Assembly (NCBI RefSeq): GCF_033153115.1
Contig: NW_026889763.1
Coordinates: 13,144,001-13,208,000, forward strand
Reading direction: 5' to 3'
Source of the DNA: Saccostrea echinata
Taxonomy: Eukaryota
DNA length: 64,000 nt
Part shown: piece after piece, positions 52,551 through 64,000 of the stretch
How the letters are laid out: every line of letters begins with the position of its first letter
Position numbering within the stretch: position 1 is the stretch's first letter
The notes under the pieces: model-generated
Told to the model about the DNA's origin: nothing
The model's input: only the letters and a program-made list of their open reading frames with translations
Database searches by the model: none
Made by a program: the position numbers and the translations under genes

Positions 52551-54640
52551 AAGATACATCTCATTTAAACTGTCTGCTAGAAATAAAGAGATTTTTTTTT
52601 ATATACCGTAAGTTGTGAATGGTACTTGTTTGTATTTATTCCTTAGAAGTACCATATATCTGTAAGTACTAGAAATGATAAATGCTATCCATGATGTAGT
52701 TGAAAGATACACATAAGCGATTTTTGATACAATTTATTTTTCTATAGGTACATATGCAACTGTAATAGAGGAATTACTGACATAAAATAAAAGTTTCATA
52801 ATGTGAATTCTCGCCTGACCTTTCAGGAGAACGTTCCTATTTCTCCGTATGAAAGACATAGGATCCAAGTATTTTATACATGTATTACCTCTATTACAAT
52901 CTATTGTAATTTCAGGATACAACACACATCTTTGGTAGCACTACTAGCTACGAGAACAGCAGTTCTGACTAAGAAAATCAAATGTCAAGGAAGGGGGTCC
53001 TAAAGGTCACATATAATTGATAATTAAGTGTTTGCTTTAAGCAATTTTAGTATTTTTACCAAGATAAAGAGATCATCCGCCTTATATGAAGTGTCACAAT
53101 TTTGATTTATGCATGATGTTTCATTATTGACCCAAACTACCGTGGCACAGGATCTCCTTTTTTTAAGGTAATATCCAAAAAAACATGACTTTTACTTAAT
53201 TAATGCTAAGGGCTAAGCAAAGGAACAGTCAATACCCGCGTTAAACGCCTTACTTTTGACGCGTCACATCGGGCCTTATCAAGATGTCAATGCGAGTTTC
53301 AAACCCTTAGTGCCTATCTGTGCCTTTATTGTTTTATACATCTGTAAGACCATGGATATACATGTACTAAGACTCTTTATATGAATATTGGAAGGAGCTG
53401 TTGAAACTCTTCTTGAACAACTTAATCTTAATTCAATCAAAAAATCCCTTTGGCATAATCAACATTTGAAATACATCTTTAATAGTTCATTAGAAAACTT
53501 CCATGACGTCATCCATTGTTATTAGTTACCGATTCAACCATCACTAGTTGGATATTTAAAGATCAAACTGGCCATCAGTTGGATTTTTAAATATCCAACT
53601 GCCTATCGGTGGATATCTAAGTATCCAACTGTGCAAACAAACATAATTAGGCAATGGACAAAAGATATTAAAAGAGTTTAAAATGTGATTCCAATGCACA
53701 TAAAAATAATTACTCCGAATTTGTAAGACTATTACAATTTATGTCCATGAATTATTCACTTTGCATTTTTTACACTATTAGAATCGTGTTAAAGATATAC
53801 TTCCAATGCACACAAAAATTATAATTCCTCCGAATTTTGCGCACTGTTAGACTCTTGTCGTAAATAAAATATCCAATATTTATCCGATGGTATTTTAATA
53901 CAATGTTTCAGGTCTGAAATTTTGAAAGCATCATTTTTTGACACGCTTATAAATACATTTTCACCTTGAACCTTAAACCACGTCACTTCCTATTGCTGAA
54001 TATTATTTCAGGGGTCCGTTATCAGCAAATCCTCTCAGATTTGTCGAGGTACATCTTTGTTCTCATACTTTTCCAGCGTAGTTCCCAAATCAATTTAATA
54101 ATTTGACAGCACATCTATTTGTTGTCATTTTATTGTAGAACTTGATATGGAATGTTTTTAAAGCAGTTTCCGCATAATACAGACAATCTTTTCACCTATT
54201 TTAGCAGTACTAGAAGTATTGTCCGAATGGAACTCCATAAGATTCCAAGACTTTTCCTCAGAAAAAATCATCATCTTATACGTAATGACAGATTTCCAAC
54301 TTTTTATCAAAATTCTGTAGTTTTCTTCTGCTTTCAGGTCAAAAATATTCAAAACAATATCTGATCCTCTCTAAATTTACCTTGAATTTAAAACTATTCT
54401 TTTTCTGATTTCATGACTGTTCAGTACAATGGAAAGGTTTGAAATGACATTTGAGCTGATTAGCACCATGCAGTTTCATGCTCACTTATCCATGAATAAA
54501 AGAGGTGTTCGATTAGGCTATTGTATGTTGTCACTATTGGATATTTAAATGGGCTAGATCCCAGTGTATTGCAGCAAAGTTGGATATATGAATGGATAAA
54601 TGTTTCTTTGAGGTCCAAAGTAGGGAAGTTTTTTAAGTAA

Positions 54641-54764
54641 GATAAATAACTCGATATATAGTGTTAAAAAGTTTAGAAAAAACATCCCCTCCTCGGGCTT
54701 TCGGCCCTCGCAGGGAATGTTTTCTCTAAACTATTCAACACCAATGTCCATCTCATTATTTATC
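54641..54764. repeat. Decayed ~125-bp palindrome
   Basis: gataaataa...gtttagaaaaaacatcccct-cctcgggctttcggccctcg-cagggaatgttttctctaaac...ttatttatc. Confidence 0.7.
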
Positions 54765-55426
54765 CATTACATAGTTCAATCCCGGGGGTTCGTGTTTTTT
54801 ATCCTGTTCAGTTTAACATCAACTGATTATTAAGCAGTGTACATCAACAATTTACTGTAATTTCTGTTTTATTATGTGTAAATATATTTTTTTTTCATAA
54901 AAAAGTATTTTGGTATGATTTGACTAAATATCATCTCTTTGGGCAGAAACAGATCTATTTCTTTCCATTCCTCTATAACTATCCTGGTCATATAAAACAT
55001 ACTTTTATCCCAGATCCTTGATAAGAAACTATGCATAACTAATGTACAAATGTAATAGTAAACAATATTGGGAGCAGTTTATATTAATAAATGGTTTATG
55101 AGACGAAACATATTGTCATTCTATATATATTGTCGTTGATGTCAATATGTACCAACCCTAACTGCATAAAATATCGTCAATCGGTATATATTTTAAATGG
55201 CTTCAAAATTTTGTTTGTACATTTTATTGCTGGCGACGAGATGCGCCTACCCATGCTGCACAAAGCGCTTCCCAGTTTAAGGGTTGCAATTAAGAATGAA
55301 TGATAAAAATGATATCGAAATTTATAAATTAAATTTTCATGAGATTGCAGGTTAAGAATGAACCCAATGTTTTTATATGCTCATTTTTCAGTTCTTCAAC
55401 TCCAGTGCATATGCAATCAAACGCTA

Positions 55427-56535
55427 TTAGCTCACCTAAGTCAAAGGCTCAAGTGATCTTTTCTAAATGAAATATGTTAGTAGTCTGTCATCGTCGTAAC
55501 CTTTGTTTCAAATTTTGATTTCTCCAGAACCACTAGACCAATTTTGGTCATAATTGACAATAAGCATCCCTTGATAAAAAGAATTTAGATTATATTAGAT
55601 AAAGGGTCATACCTTCGTTAAAGCGGAGATAATAAATAAAACTGTTGTTAAGTCTTTAAAAATCTAAAGAACCACCAGGTCGTAAAAGATAAATTTCAAA
55701 TTAAAAGCTTTCTGACATGATAATTGATATTAAAATGGAAATATCCTTAGAGAGTGAATCTTCAAGAGCATGCTCTACGTATGAACAATTTCTTAAACGA
55801 GGTAAATTATTGACAAACAAGTTGATGAAACAAGAATATCAGCAGTCTCGTTTAAAGTCATCATTTCGTAAGTTCTATGGTCGATACAATGACCTTGTCA
55901 GCAAATACAATTTATCATTGAGTCAAATGCTGACTGACGTTTTTCATACTAATTGTTAGGCCATTATTTACACACTGCATTGTCGACGAATTTTTCCGTT
56001 ATTTCCCGATCATGACAAGGAGCGGGTGTGACCGGTCGGCAGGGGATGCTCACTCCTCCATGGCACCTGATCCCACCTCTGATGTTTAGAGGTCCGTGTT
56101 TGCTCTGCTCCTATTTTGTATTGTTTAATGGACTTTTGAGCTTGAATACTGTTCGTTATCTCCATATATTTCAATAATGTTTAAAACTTGACCCCAGGGT
56201 AGGATGATACCACTTTAGGGAGTCAAAGTGTACACGTGAATTTTTTAGGGAAATGTTTTAAATCTATCTCTCAAAAATAGGAGGGCCATAATTAGTAAGC
56301 CAATAAGGGGTGCATATACAAAATTGCTGTACTCAATCCTGACCCTTTGGATTAAATGGTGCCAGAGCTTACATAGGGAATTGATAGGAACTCCAAAAAA
56401 AAGGCAATGAAGGGCCATGATTAGTCGTATCATTATGCAAGCGTGCTCAGGTAGGAGAGATTCAAATTTATTTACATTAATGTCCGAGGGGGGGGGGGGC
56501 ACATCAGGAAATCAAACTTTTTCATGTGTATATAT
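55427..56535 (+). mobile_element. HINE/Helentron-like copy interrupted by a Penelope-like fragment
   Basis: ttagctcacctaagtcaaaggctcaagtga start; satellite-like units on both sides of 55760..56173. Confidence 0.6.
55760..56173 (+). mobile_element. Penelope-like 3' fragment (young)
   Basis: RACSTYEQFLKRGKLLTNKLMKQEYQQSRLKSSFRKFYGRY...HTNC* plus the conserved 3' UTR. Confidence 0.88.
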
Positions 56536-58301
56536 TAGGGATGGCATTCGAATACAGAATTGCCAATCGGTTAACCGCAAGACGTTCCGACCGATTAGTC
56601 GAATAAGCGTATGAAAAATTCTTGATATAGTTAGACTCGAATAAGTAAGATGAAATATATGGAGATAACGAACAGTATTCAAGCTCAAAAATCCACTAAA
56701 TATTACAAAAATAGGAGCAGAGCAAGCACAGTCCTCTTAAACATCAGAGGTTGTATCAGGTGCCATGGAGGAGTGAGCATCCCCTGCCGACCAGTCACAC
56801 CCGCCGTATACTCCTTGTCATGATCGGGAAATAGCGGAAAAATCCGTCGACAATTCAGTGTGTAAATAATGGCCTAACAATTAGTATGAAAAAGTCAGTC
56901 AGCAATTGACTCAATGATAAATTGTATTTGCTGACAAGGTCATTGTATCGACCATTGTACTTACGAAATTTTGACTTTAAACGAGACAGCTGATATTCTT
57001 GTTTCATCAACTTGTTTGTCAATAATTTACCTCGTTTTAGATATTGTACATACGTAGAGCATGCTCTTGGGTATCGAATCAACTGAGAGATATAAACCCC
57101 ATATGCGGGTCATGAAGGTATATTGCTGCATAAGTAAAGGAAGTTGACGATTGAAAAGTTAAAGTCATCACGTTTATCATAAAGCTTGGTTGTTAGATTA
57201 CCATTAACGTCGTTTTCAAGTTAAATATCCAATTATGAAACAGATGTGTCACACTCTAAGTATCTTTTATCTCGAGCTCCCTGGGATATATCGTATCGAC
57301 ATAAGAATGGAAATAACCATTGTTAATTGAGAATACGTCTTATATCAAAATGTCGAGTTGAAGGCCACAGCAAGTGTTTTCTTCTATTCACGTATAAGAT
57401 TTTGGACAAATTCTGCTTCATATGAATGCTAAAAAGGTCTGCTAATAATGGGGCGCAATTGGTACCCCTGGGATTCCAATAGATTGTTGGAAGACCTGGT
57501 CTCCCAAAACCACATAGATATTGTCAATCAGAAATTCAAGCTCTAAGCTTTAAGACTATAAAGATGTTCATGTAGTAATTTTATGCTTATATTTATATAT
57601 GATCAGAATACTACATATATTGTATTTCAATTTTAATGGGGGAAAAAAAGGGGAAAAAATTAAGAAACCCATGAAACATCCTGAGGTCGCAGATGCATTA
57701 AAAAAATTTCAGAAAAGATGTCATTCTGCATTTTCACCATAATCAAAATTTAGTCTGAATTATCGCTTATCTTACGATGTTTGTTTTAGAATATAATTTG
57801 ATAGGTAACTGGAAAGGATAGAAGAGATTGGGTACACATTATAATCAATTCAATTCAATTAATTCTCACATTTGTAAAACAACATAGAGAAAATACAACA
57901 ACAATATCAATCAAAAGGTGCAAAAGGTACATGATGCAAAAGTGTACAGTTAACTTTAACCTGGAAGGGTAACAAAGTTAACGATCATTTAATTAAAATC
58001 ATTAAAGAAACACGGGACAGGGTGGGTAACGACATGTGTTTAAACAGAAATACGACTGGAAAAGTGACCAATTACCCCCACGCGATGTCAATCTGGAGAG
58101 CCTTAATAATCTCCGAATCAGCTTAAATAGATAAGTGAACATGCTTACATTTCAGAGTATTTTATTTGTATTTTTTAAATTGAATTTTCAGGAAATTGTA
58201 TTATATTAATTATTTTCCGACTAACCGATTACAGATTTTCTAGCCGATTACCATCGTTCCGACCGAGTAACCGGTTAACCGATTACAAATTGTCATCCCT
58301 A
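56536..58301. mobile_element. hAT-type MITE with perfect 8-bp TSD, carrying a Penelope-like insertion
   Basis: gtatatat|tagggatggcatt...aattgtcatcccta|gtatatat; aaccg/cggtt subterminal motifs. Confidence 0.9.
56651..57541 (-). mobile_element. Penelope-like RT 3' half
   Basis: GIP.GTNCAPLLADLF, KLYDKRDDFNF, IRYPRACSTY, same 3' UTR. Confidence 0.88.
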
Positions 58302-58308
58302 GTATATA

Positions 58309-59152
58309 TACTGAAACGCAAAAGAAACGCAACAAGCCGTAATCTACAAATATTTGAATTTTTCATCAATTGATTCTGAAAAATGAATACAGTAATGTAA
58401 AACTCGATTTAAAAACATCAGAAATTTGATAAAAATGTTTAATGATTATCTTTTAACTTTAGAAAGTAACCCATGACTGTTAACCCCCACCCCCACCCCA
58501 CCCCCAGCCCCACCCCCAACCCGGCCATTCAATTACAGCGTGCAAGACTGTCATGCACAACAGTTGCAGCTTGATTTCTACGATATAATAGGTTCATCAT
58601 TCTCAAGTCTAAGCGAAAGAAATACTCTTTGCCATTTTAAAATGCCTGTTTTTCAGATGATGAGTGGAATTTTCTCTAGCCAAGCGCAGTTAAGTAACCC
58701 TTGGACTTCCGGTCCAAAGGAGTGTCATTCACGCTAATGATACGTAAAAGGCTGTTGAGGCGTGATGTTGTTCATATTTGCATTTGCAACTCTCAATCAC
58801 CTTTATTTTGAGATTTTCCAGCTAGCGCAATGGAAATGCGTACTTAAGACATTTTCAGGAAGCCTTGGCATCGCTTACGGAACAGAAAGGAGAGTTTATT
58901 TTCATACCATTGCTGCATTGCTTATAATGAGCAGATACAAATCCTTAAAACCCCTATTATTACCAAATGTTATATGAATCATGCAATTTGTGATTTCTGA
59001 TAGGCGGTTAACTTCCGGTAATGGTATGAAAATCATAAATTACCAATATTTACAAAGTTGAAGATATCCTTACTTGTTAGATACAAAATTATGTCCGATT
59101 TGTAATATTTCCCTCTTAAAATAGGATGTTGCGTTTCTTTTGCGTTTCAGTA
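58309..59152. mobile_element. Non-autonomous Tc1-like element
   Basis: tactgaaacgcaaaagaaacgcaaca...tgttgcgtttcttttgcgtttcagta perfect TIRs in TA context. Confidence 0.88.
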
Positions 59153-59159
59153 TATATAT

Positions 59160-59216
<57 letters not shown>
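59151..59216. repeat. (TA)n(GA)n microsatellite
   Basis: Direct read. Confidence 0.95.
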
Positions 59217-59218
<2 letters not shown>

Positions 59219-59324
59219 CATCTTCAAGACTATTACCTTCTCTATCAATGGCAAGGTAATGATCATCCATATTTTTATGCAGATATCCTATGGTAGTACG
59301 ATTCAAATTTACTCAAACCATAGC

Positions 59325-59630
59325 ACCGTCACGGTAGCTCAGTCGATAGAGCGCTCGCTCCGTGATCGGAAGGTCATGAATTCGAATCTTGGTCGCTACT
59401 GACCTTAGTCGATAAAAAGTAAGGTATATGTTACTATGTAGCAACTGTTCCTTCGCCAGGCACTCGGCACTTTAAAGTGAAAGTTGTAGGTCTTTCGGAT
59501 GAGGCTCCGTGTCACTGTAGGCGTAAGCACGAATAAGAACTCTGACTGCTCAATGGCCCTGAGTGCCGAGTAAAGGTCTAAATTTGAAGCCCTATGGTGA
59601 TGTCTCTGTATGACTGAAAAATTGTCAGAA
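59325..59630 (+). mobile_element. tRNA-derived SINE
   Basis: ggtagctcagtcgatagagcg A box, aattcgaatct B box; reverse complement of the 25102..25455 family. Confidence 0.88.
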
Positions 59631-59649
59631 AAAATGTTTTTAGCTCATA

Positions 59650-59990
59650 TCCAAACTTCACCTCGTGCCATCCTACTCACACCAAAAGGATATCCCTTAC
59701 AACCTAACCAGAAGAATTTGTACGATTGTGAAAGATACAGATACTAGAAATCGAAGGTTGACAGAGCTTAAAACATTTCTTCTTGCACAACATTATCCAG
59801 GAAATCTTATCCTTTCTGCCATAGAAGAATCAAAGAAAAGCCCGCAACATATCATAGAAAAGACTAGAAAAAAACAAAGACCCCCTCTTAATCCCTTTTG
59901 AGACAACATATAATCCAAAATATATTAACATATTTCAAGAGGCGAAAAAGAACTTTACAATTATTGAACGAGATAATTATCTTCAGCAAG
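59650..59990 (+). mobile_element. Fragment of a second Penelope-like family (thumb/linker region)
   Basis: KDIPYNLTRRICTIV..RNRRLTELKTFLLAQHYP.NLI, followed by a PF..TYNP-like linker. Confidence 0.7.
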
Positions 59991-60043
59991 TACATACTAT
60001 GATGTCATGGATTAATTCCTTCACTGTAGATTAGATAAAAAAA

Positions 60044-60100
60044 ATAGATAGATAGATAGATAGATTAGATAGATAGATAGAGAGATAGAGAGATAGATAG
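60044..60100. repeat. (GATA)n microsatellite
   Basis: Direct read. Confidence 0.95.
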
Positions 60101-60249
60101 CACTAGAAAACCAACAATACTGTATATCCTATGTGTCGGATGTATTAGATACAATTAAAGGTAGCAGTCAGTTTTGCATAGTAGATAATCTTCCTTTTGT
60201 GCCATATTGTTTTTTTTTTTTAAAAAGTTAAAAAAAAAATTATTTTCAG

Positions 60250-61475
60250 TGCATGTTAGTTTGGAGAACCTTATTCCATATGGTGATCAGACGATAGCAA
60301 ATATGGCGATTCGTCTTTATCATTCCAAATTAATTGTTTTTTGGGGAGATACTGGAAGTGGTAAATTATCTGTAGCGGCTCAAGTGTTTCATTTCTTCGT
60401 TAAAACATGGAAAAATCCCTTTGAGTGTCATGTTCTTGAGGATATTTTCAATGTGGAACAGTACATGATCAAGGGAAAAAATAATTTATTTCTTATCCGT
60501 GGAGTCATTAAGCGCTGGTATAGACATCAACATGTTTATGCAAAAATTGAAGAAATAAAGAAACTATCTAGCTTGCTTTCATATATGAGTAACGTTTATG
60601 TAATTGTTCTATCTGACTATGTAAGTATCTTTCAATGGAAAACAGAATCTGCTCATGAAGAAAAAATTGGATATTTTCATATCAAATGTACAAAGCCGGA
60701 TTTTTTTTGCAAGCTTTCAAAGCGGTGCATAACTTCTGAGAGCAAGACAGTTGAAATTAGTCAGGAATTCGCAAAGGGAATCATCAACTCGAAATTCAAT
60801 TTTGGTGGACCCGAGATTGCCACTCTGATGCTGAAAAACCAGAATCTTTGGAAGGAAGGATCAACGTTTGTTAAAGCACCATATCATGTCCTGGCCAAAG
60901 ATTTGAAAAGAATGTTAAAATCTTATGAAGAAAGTGAGAGGTCAAAGTTCACGGTTTTGGTCTTCCTACTAACAAACAGCGGTAAAATTGATACAAAATC
61001 TTTTGACAGAGATAAAATGAAAAAGCTTGCCGAGGATTTCCGTTCTTTTACAAATGGATTAGATAAGGTTGACAAAATATGCAAAGAACTGTTGTATGAA
61101 TATCTTGAGCGAGGGGAGGACGAATCATCTTACAGAATCCAACACGAAATTTTACTGAGATGCATTTTTGTTGTTGCAGCAGAGACTGTCTTGCCAAAAC
61201 TGATTGATCTAGCTAGTCCAGAGGTTCTGTTAGATTGTATCAGACCTGACAATAGGAAAATTTTAACAGAAATAAAGTTAATTTCAAAGCTCAAGATAAC
61301 TGACCAACAACATTTGAGTGATATGACTATAAATGTTTCTGTGATTCACTATTGGAAAATATGTAAAAGATTCTTAATGCTTGTAAATGATGGGTTTCCT
61401 AATGTATTGTGGCATAATTTTTTCGACGATAGGGACTTCACAGAGGCCTTTTCTGTTATGCAGACATCAAAATAA
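60250..61475 (+). CDS. Terminal exon of STAND NTPase gene 2 (nSTAND3-like, degenerate catalytic motifs)
   Basis: Intact ~408-codon ORF; ttattttcag acceptor phase 1; VFWGDTGSGKLS, LFLIRG at the Walker B position, FGGPEI, YRIQHEIL; collinear similarity to 18327..19495; AATAAA at ~61588. Confidence 0.85.
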
Positions 61476-62840
61476 TTTTTAAAAAATCATTTCTAATTGA
61501 AAACATCCGGATATTTAACTGCCAGTGAAAGGTATTTGACGATTAAAATAAGAATTTTAATGGGGGTAATTTCATATCTATTAGACAAATAAAGAACTAT
61601 TCCAATTCCTGATAAAATGATGGTTTGATATTATAAAATGTAATATATGAGGTTTACCATCCGGACCTTGTCTGGTATGGTTGAATGGGTCTAAAGGCCA
61701 ATGTTAACCAATACATGAACAGGTCCGTATAGTGTCTAGTACGTGTAGATCGCATTCGTCTCAATAATTATTATAAAATAATAAGTATTGAATAATCAGG
61801 AATTTACATTATTTATTTTTCCAACTGTAGGTTTTGTCTCCATCAAACATAATCATTCATGATATCTTAAGTTGCAACATATCATAATTATATTTCACAG
61901 TTTAACAACTGTTTAACAAGGTAGAAAATAATATTATAAATCATTAAAAAAAAGTTAACACTCTTCGATATGTTTACAACGACACATGTTTTAAAAGGCG
62001 CGATTTTATTTGTTGATGAAATTTTGGAAAAAAAGACAAATCTTCTTCCTTGTATTTTGTACCGAAGCACCGTGGTTGGGCATCAGAAATCAAAACTGCA
62101 TGATACTTTTGTTAATTTCTTTCTTTCTTTGGTCGAACATTGTTTGTGAAAAAGAAATCCAATGCACATTTAAAATAAACCTATAGTTAAGATGAAATAA
62201 ATATTCAAATGATATAGTCTTGTTCGTCTATTAAAATATAAACTCAACCACAAACTTATTGCAATAGATATTATTTTGTTTTCAATTCTATTTAAAAAAA
62301 AAATATAGTAAAAAGTGTAGAAAAATCTAAAAAGGTTAAGGACTTGGAATAATTTAAGAACCTCTAGAAACACTAAAAAAAAATGATTATACCCTGTATA
62401 TCCATTTAGATTTTTCCTAAGATGATTATAATTGCCAAGTTTACATAAAGTTGTGATTTTAAAGTTTATTATTATTTAATAATTTATTCCATCTCATAGA
62501 TAATGTCAATATGGCATATTTTTTTAGTAGAGTGTAATATTTGCTTCGTAATTTTTGGAAATCTTATTTTGGACAATAATGGTCAATAGATACAGACTTT
62601 AGGGAAAGAAAAAAAAAAACATTTCCTTTAGATAATGATTTCGTAAACAAAACATTTCATTTAGTATCTTAATACTTAATGCAATGAAAAATAAATACAA
62701 TATAGCCAAAGTTTGACTTAAATTCTTAAACTATCCAAAGTAATTTCTGTTTACATGTATAAAAATGTACAATTACATCTTAAAATGTCATTCAATAAAT
62801 TTTCACTTCCTCTATCTTTCAAATAGAAAAGTGTTATAAT

Positions 62841-63436
62841 TAGGGATGGCAATCGAATACAGAATTGCTAATCGGTTAACTGCAAGACGTTCCGACCGAT
62901 TAACCGGTTAATCGTAACACATTTCACATCTAAAATTATTTTTTAAGTTAGTTTTTTTTTTTTTTTTTTTTTTTTAATTTTGTTTAAGCCTGATCTATAC
63001 ACTTTGCATATTTTATTCAATTTCGAAAGGAAAACCATAAAACATCCATGAGAATCATTTACGAATATGCGTTTGTATAAATGTTTGTATAGGAATATAA
63101 TTTGGCAGATATAACATCAAAAGATACACAATGTAACTTAATTAATATATATCATTAAAGAAATATAGGACAGGCTGGGTAATGACAGGATGTTTGAATA
63201 GCAATTTACACTTCACCAATTGACCACCTCAATCCCAAGTCTTAATTAATTATCTCAAAATTAGTGAATTCGTTATGACTTTTCAACATTCATAGCTTTT
63301 TAAAATTGCAAATTGAATCTTAATGAAATTTTCACATATTTTAATTTTTTTCCGACTAACCGATTGCAGATTTCCTAACCGATTACCATTGTTCCGACCG
63401 ATAAATCGATTAACCGGTTAAAAATTGCCATCCCTA
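62841..63436. mobile_element. hAT-type MITE (uninterrupted copy of the 56536 family)
   Basis: gttataat|tagggatggcaat...aattgccatcccta|gttataac. Confidence 0.9.
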
Positions 63437-63860
63437 GTTATAACTTAAAAATTAAAATTCTTTGAAACAAAAGAATCATGTCTCCTTTTCTATGGTGATT
63501 TAAACTGAAAATTGATTTAACCTAAAATACAATCTTTCAATTTTCGTTTGCTTTTTTACGACATACAGTCATGTAAATATATTGTTAGAACTACAGTTCG
63601 TAATTTTTTACAGAATAAATTCTATTGCAATTTGTTAATTATTAAACAATTAAATGACTAGACATATTTCAAAAGGGGGAATATGTAGCTTATAAAAGTC
63701 AAGTTTATATCGTTCATTTTATTACACTTTTTGCTTACAAGGTACCCATTAGCAAGTTATCTAAGTGTCAGATATTAATATGTACATCAGAAATGTGAAA
63801 CTTGCGGTAGATACTTTGTTCTCAATACTTTTGGTATGAAAGACTTTTTTCCCGCAAATA

Positions 63861-64000
63861 TACTGAAACGCAAAAGAAACGCAACATCCTTATTTTAAGG
63901 GGGAAATTATATACAGGTTATAATTTTGTACTTAAAAACTTCAACTTTGCCAAATCAGTAATTGATCGGTTGAAAGGTTTTCATTCCATTACCGGGAGTT
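63861..64000. mobile_element. Start of another Tc1-like copy (58309 family, opposite orientation), running off the window
   Basis: tactgaaacgcaaaagaaacgcaacatccttattttaaggggg matches the reverse complement of 59105..59152. Confidence 0.8.

Noticed and set aside
53546-53632. CRISPR-like palindromic repeats (also the 30-bp array at 51230..51530)
   Set aside because: Spacers only 5-6 bp or absent, eukaryotic context, no cas genes
59325-59400. tRNA gene-like sequence (also 25380..25455, 29030..29110)
   Set aside because: SINE heads: no complete cloverleaf, and followed by a SINE body

Overview
AT-rich eukaryotic genomic DNA. The repeat complement (HINE/Helentron-like elements with a ~168-bp satellite, tRNA-derived SINEs with (CAAT)n tails, Penelope-like RT fragments) is typical of bivalves such as oysters; this taxon call is inference. 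The host content is two tandem, divergent, + strand paralogous genes. Each ends in one large phase-1 terminal exon (18327..19495 and 60250..61475) encoding a STAND-class P-loop NTPase module (nSTAND3-like) with degenerate Walker A/B and no C-terminal repeat or effector domain. Frame-compatible upstream exons can be read by eye. For gene 2 they give a Cys-containing segment, an S/T-rich stalk, one transmembrane helix, a short linker and then the STAND module, i.e. a single-pass membrane-tethered pseudo-ATPase STAND receptor. For gene 1 they give a chain of symmetric phase-1 micro-exons, including a duplicated polybasic-Cys exon. The introns and intergenic DNA are packed with mobile elements. 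These include a decayed DIRS/Ngaro tyrosine-recombinase retrotransposon with an extra SGNH hydrolase ORF and a hairpin-rich 3' end, and L1/Tx1, RTE and CR1/RTE-X-like LINE fragments. There are also about 11 Penelope-like fragments, SINEs, and non-autonomous hAT, Kolobok-like, Tc1/mariner-like, MULE-like, CMC-like and Academ-like DNA elements, several of them nested. One assembly gap lies at 31967..32103. All gene models are hand-spliced and unverified by transcript data.
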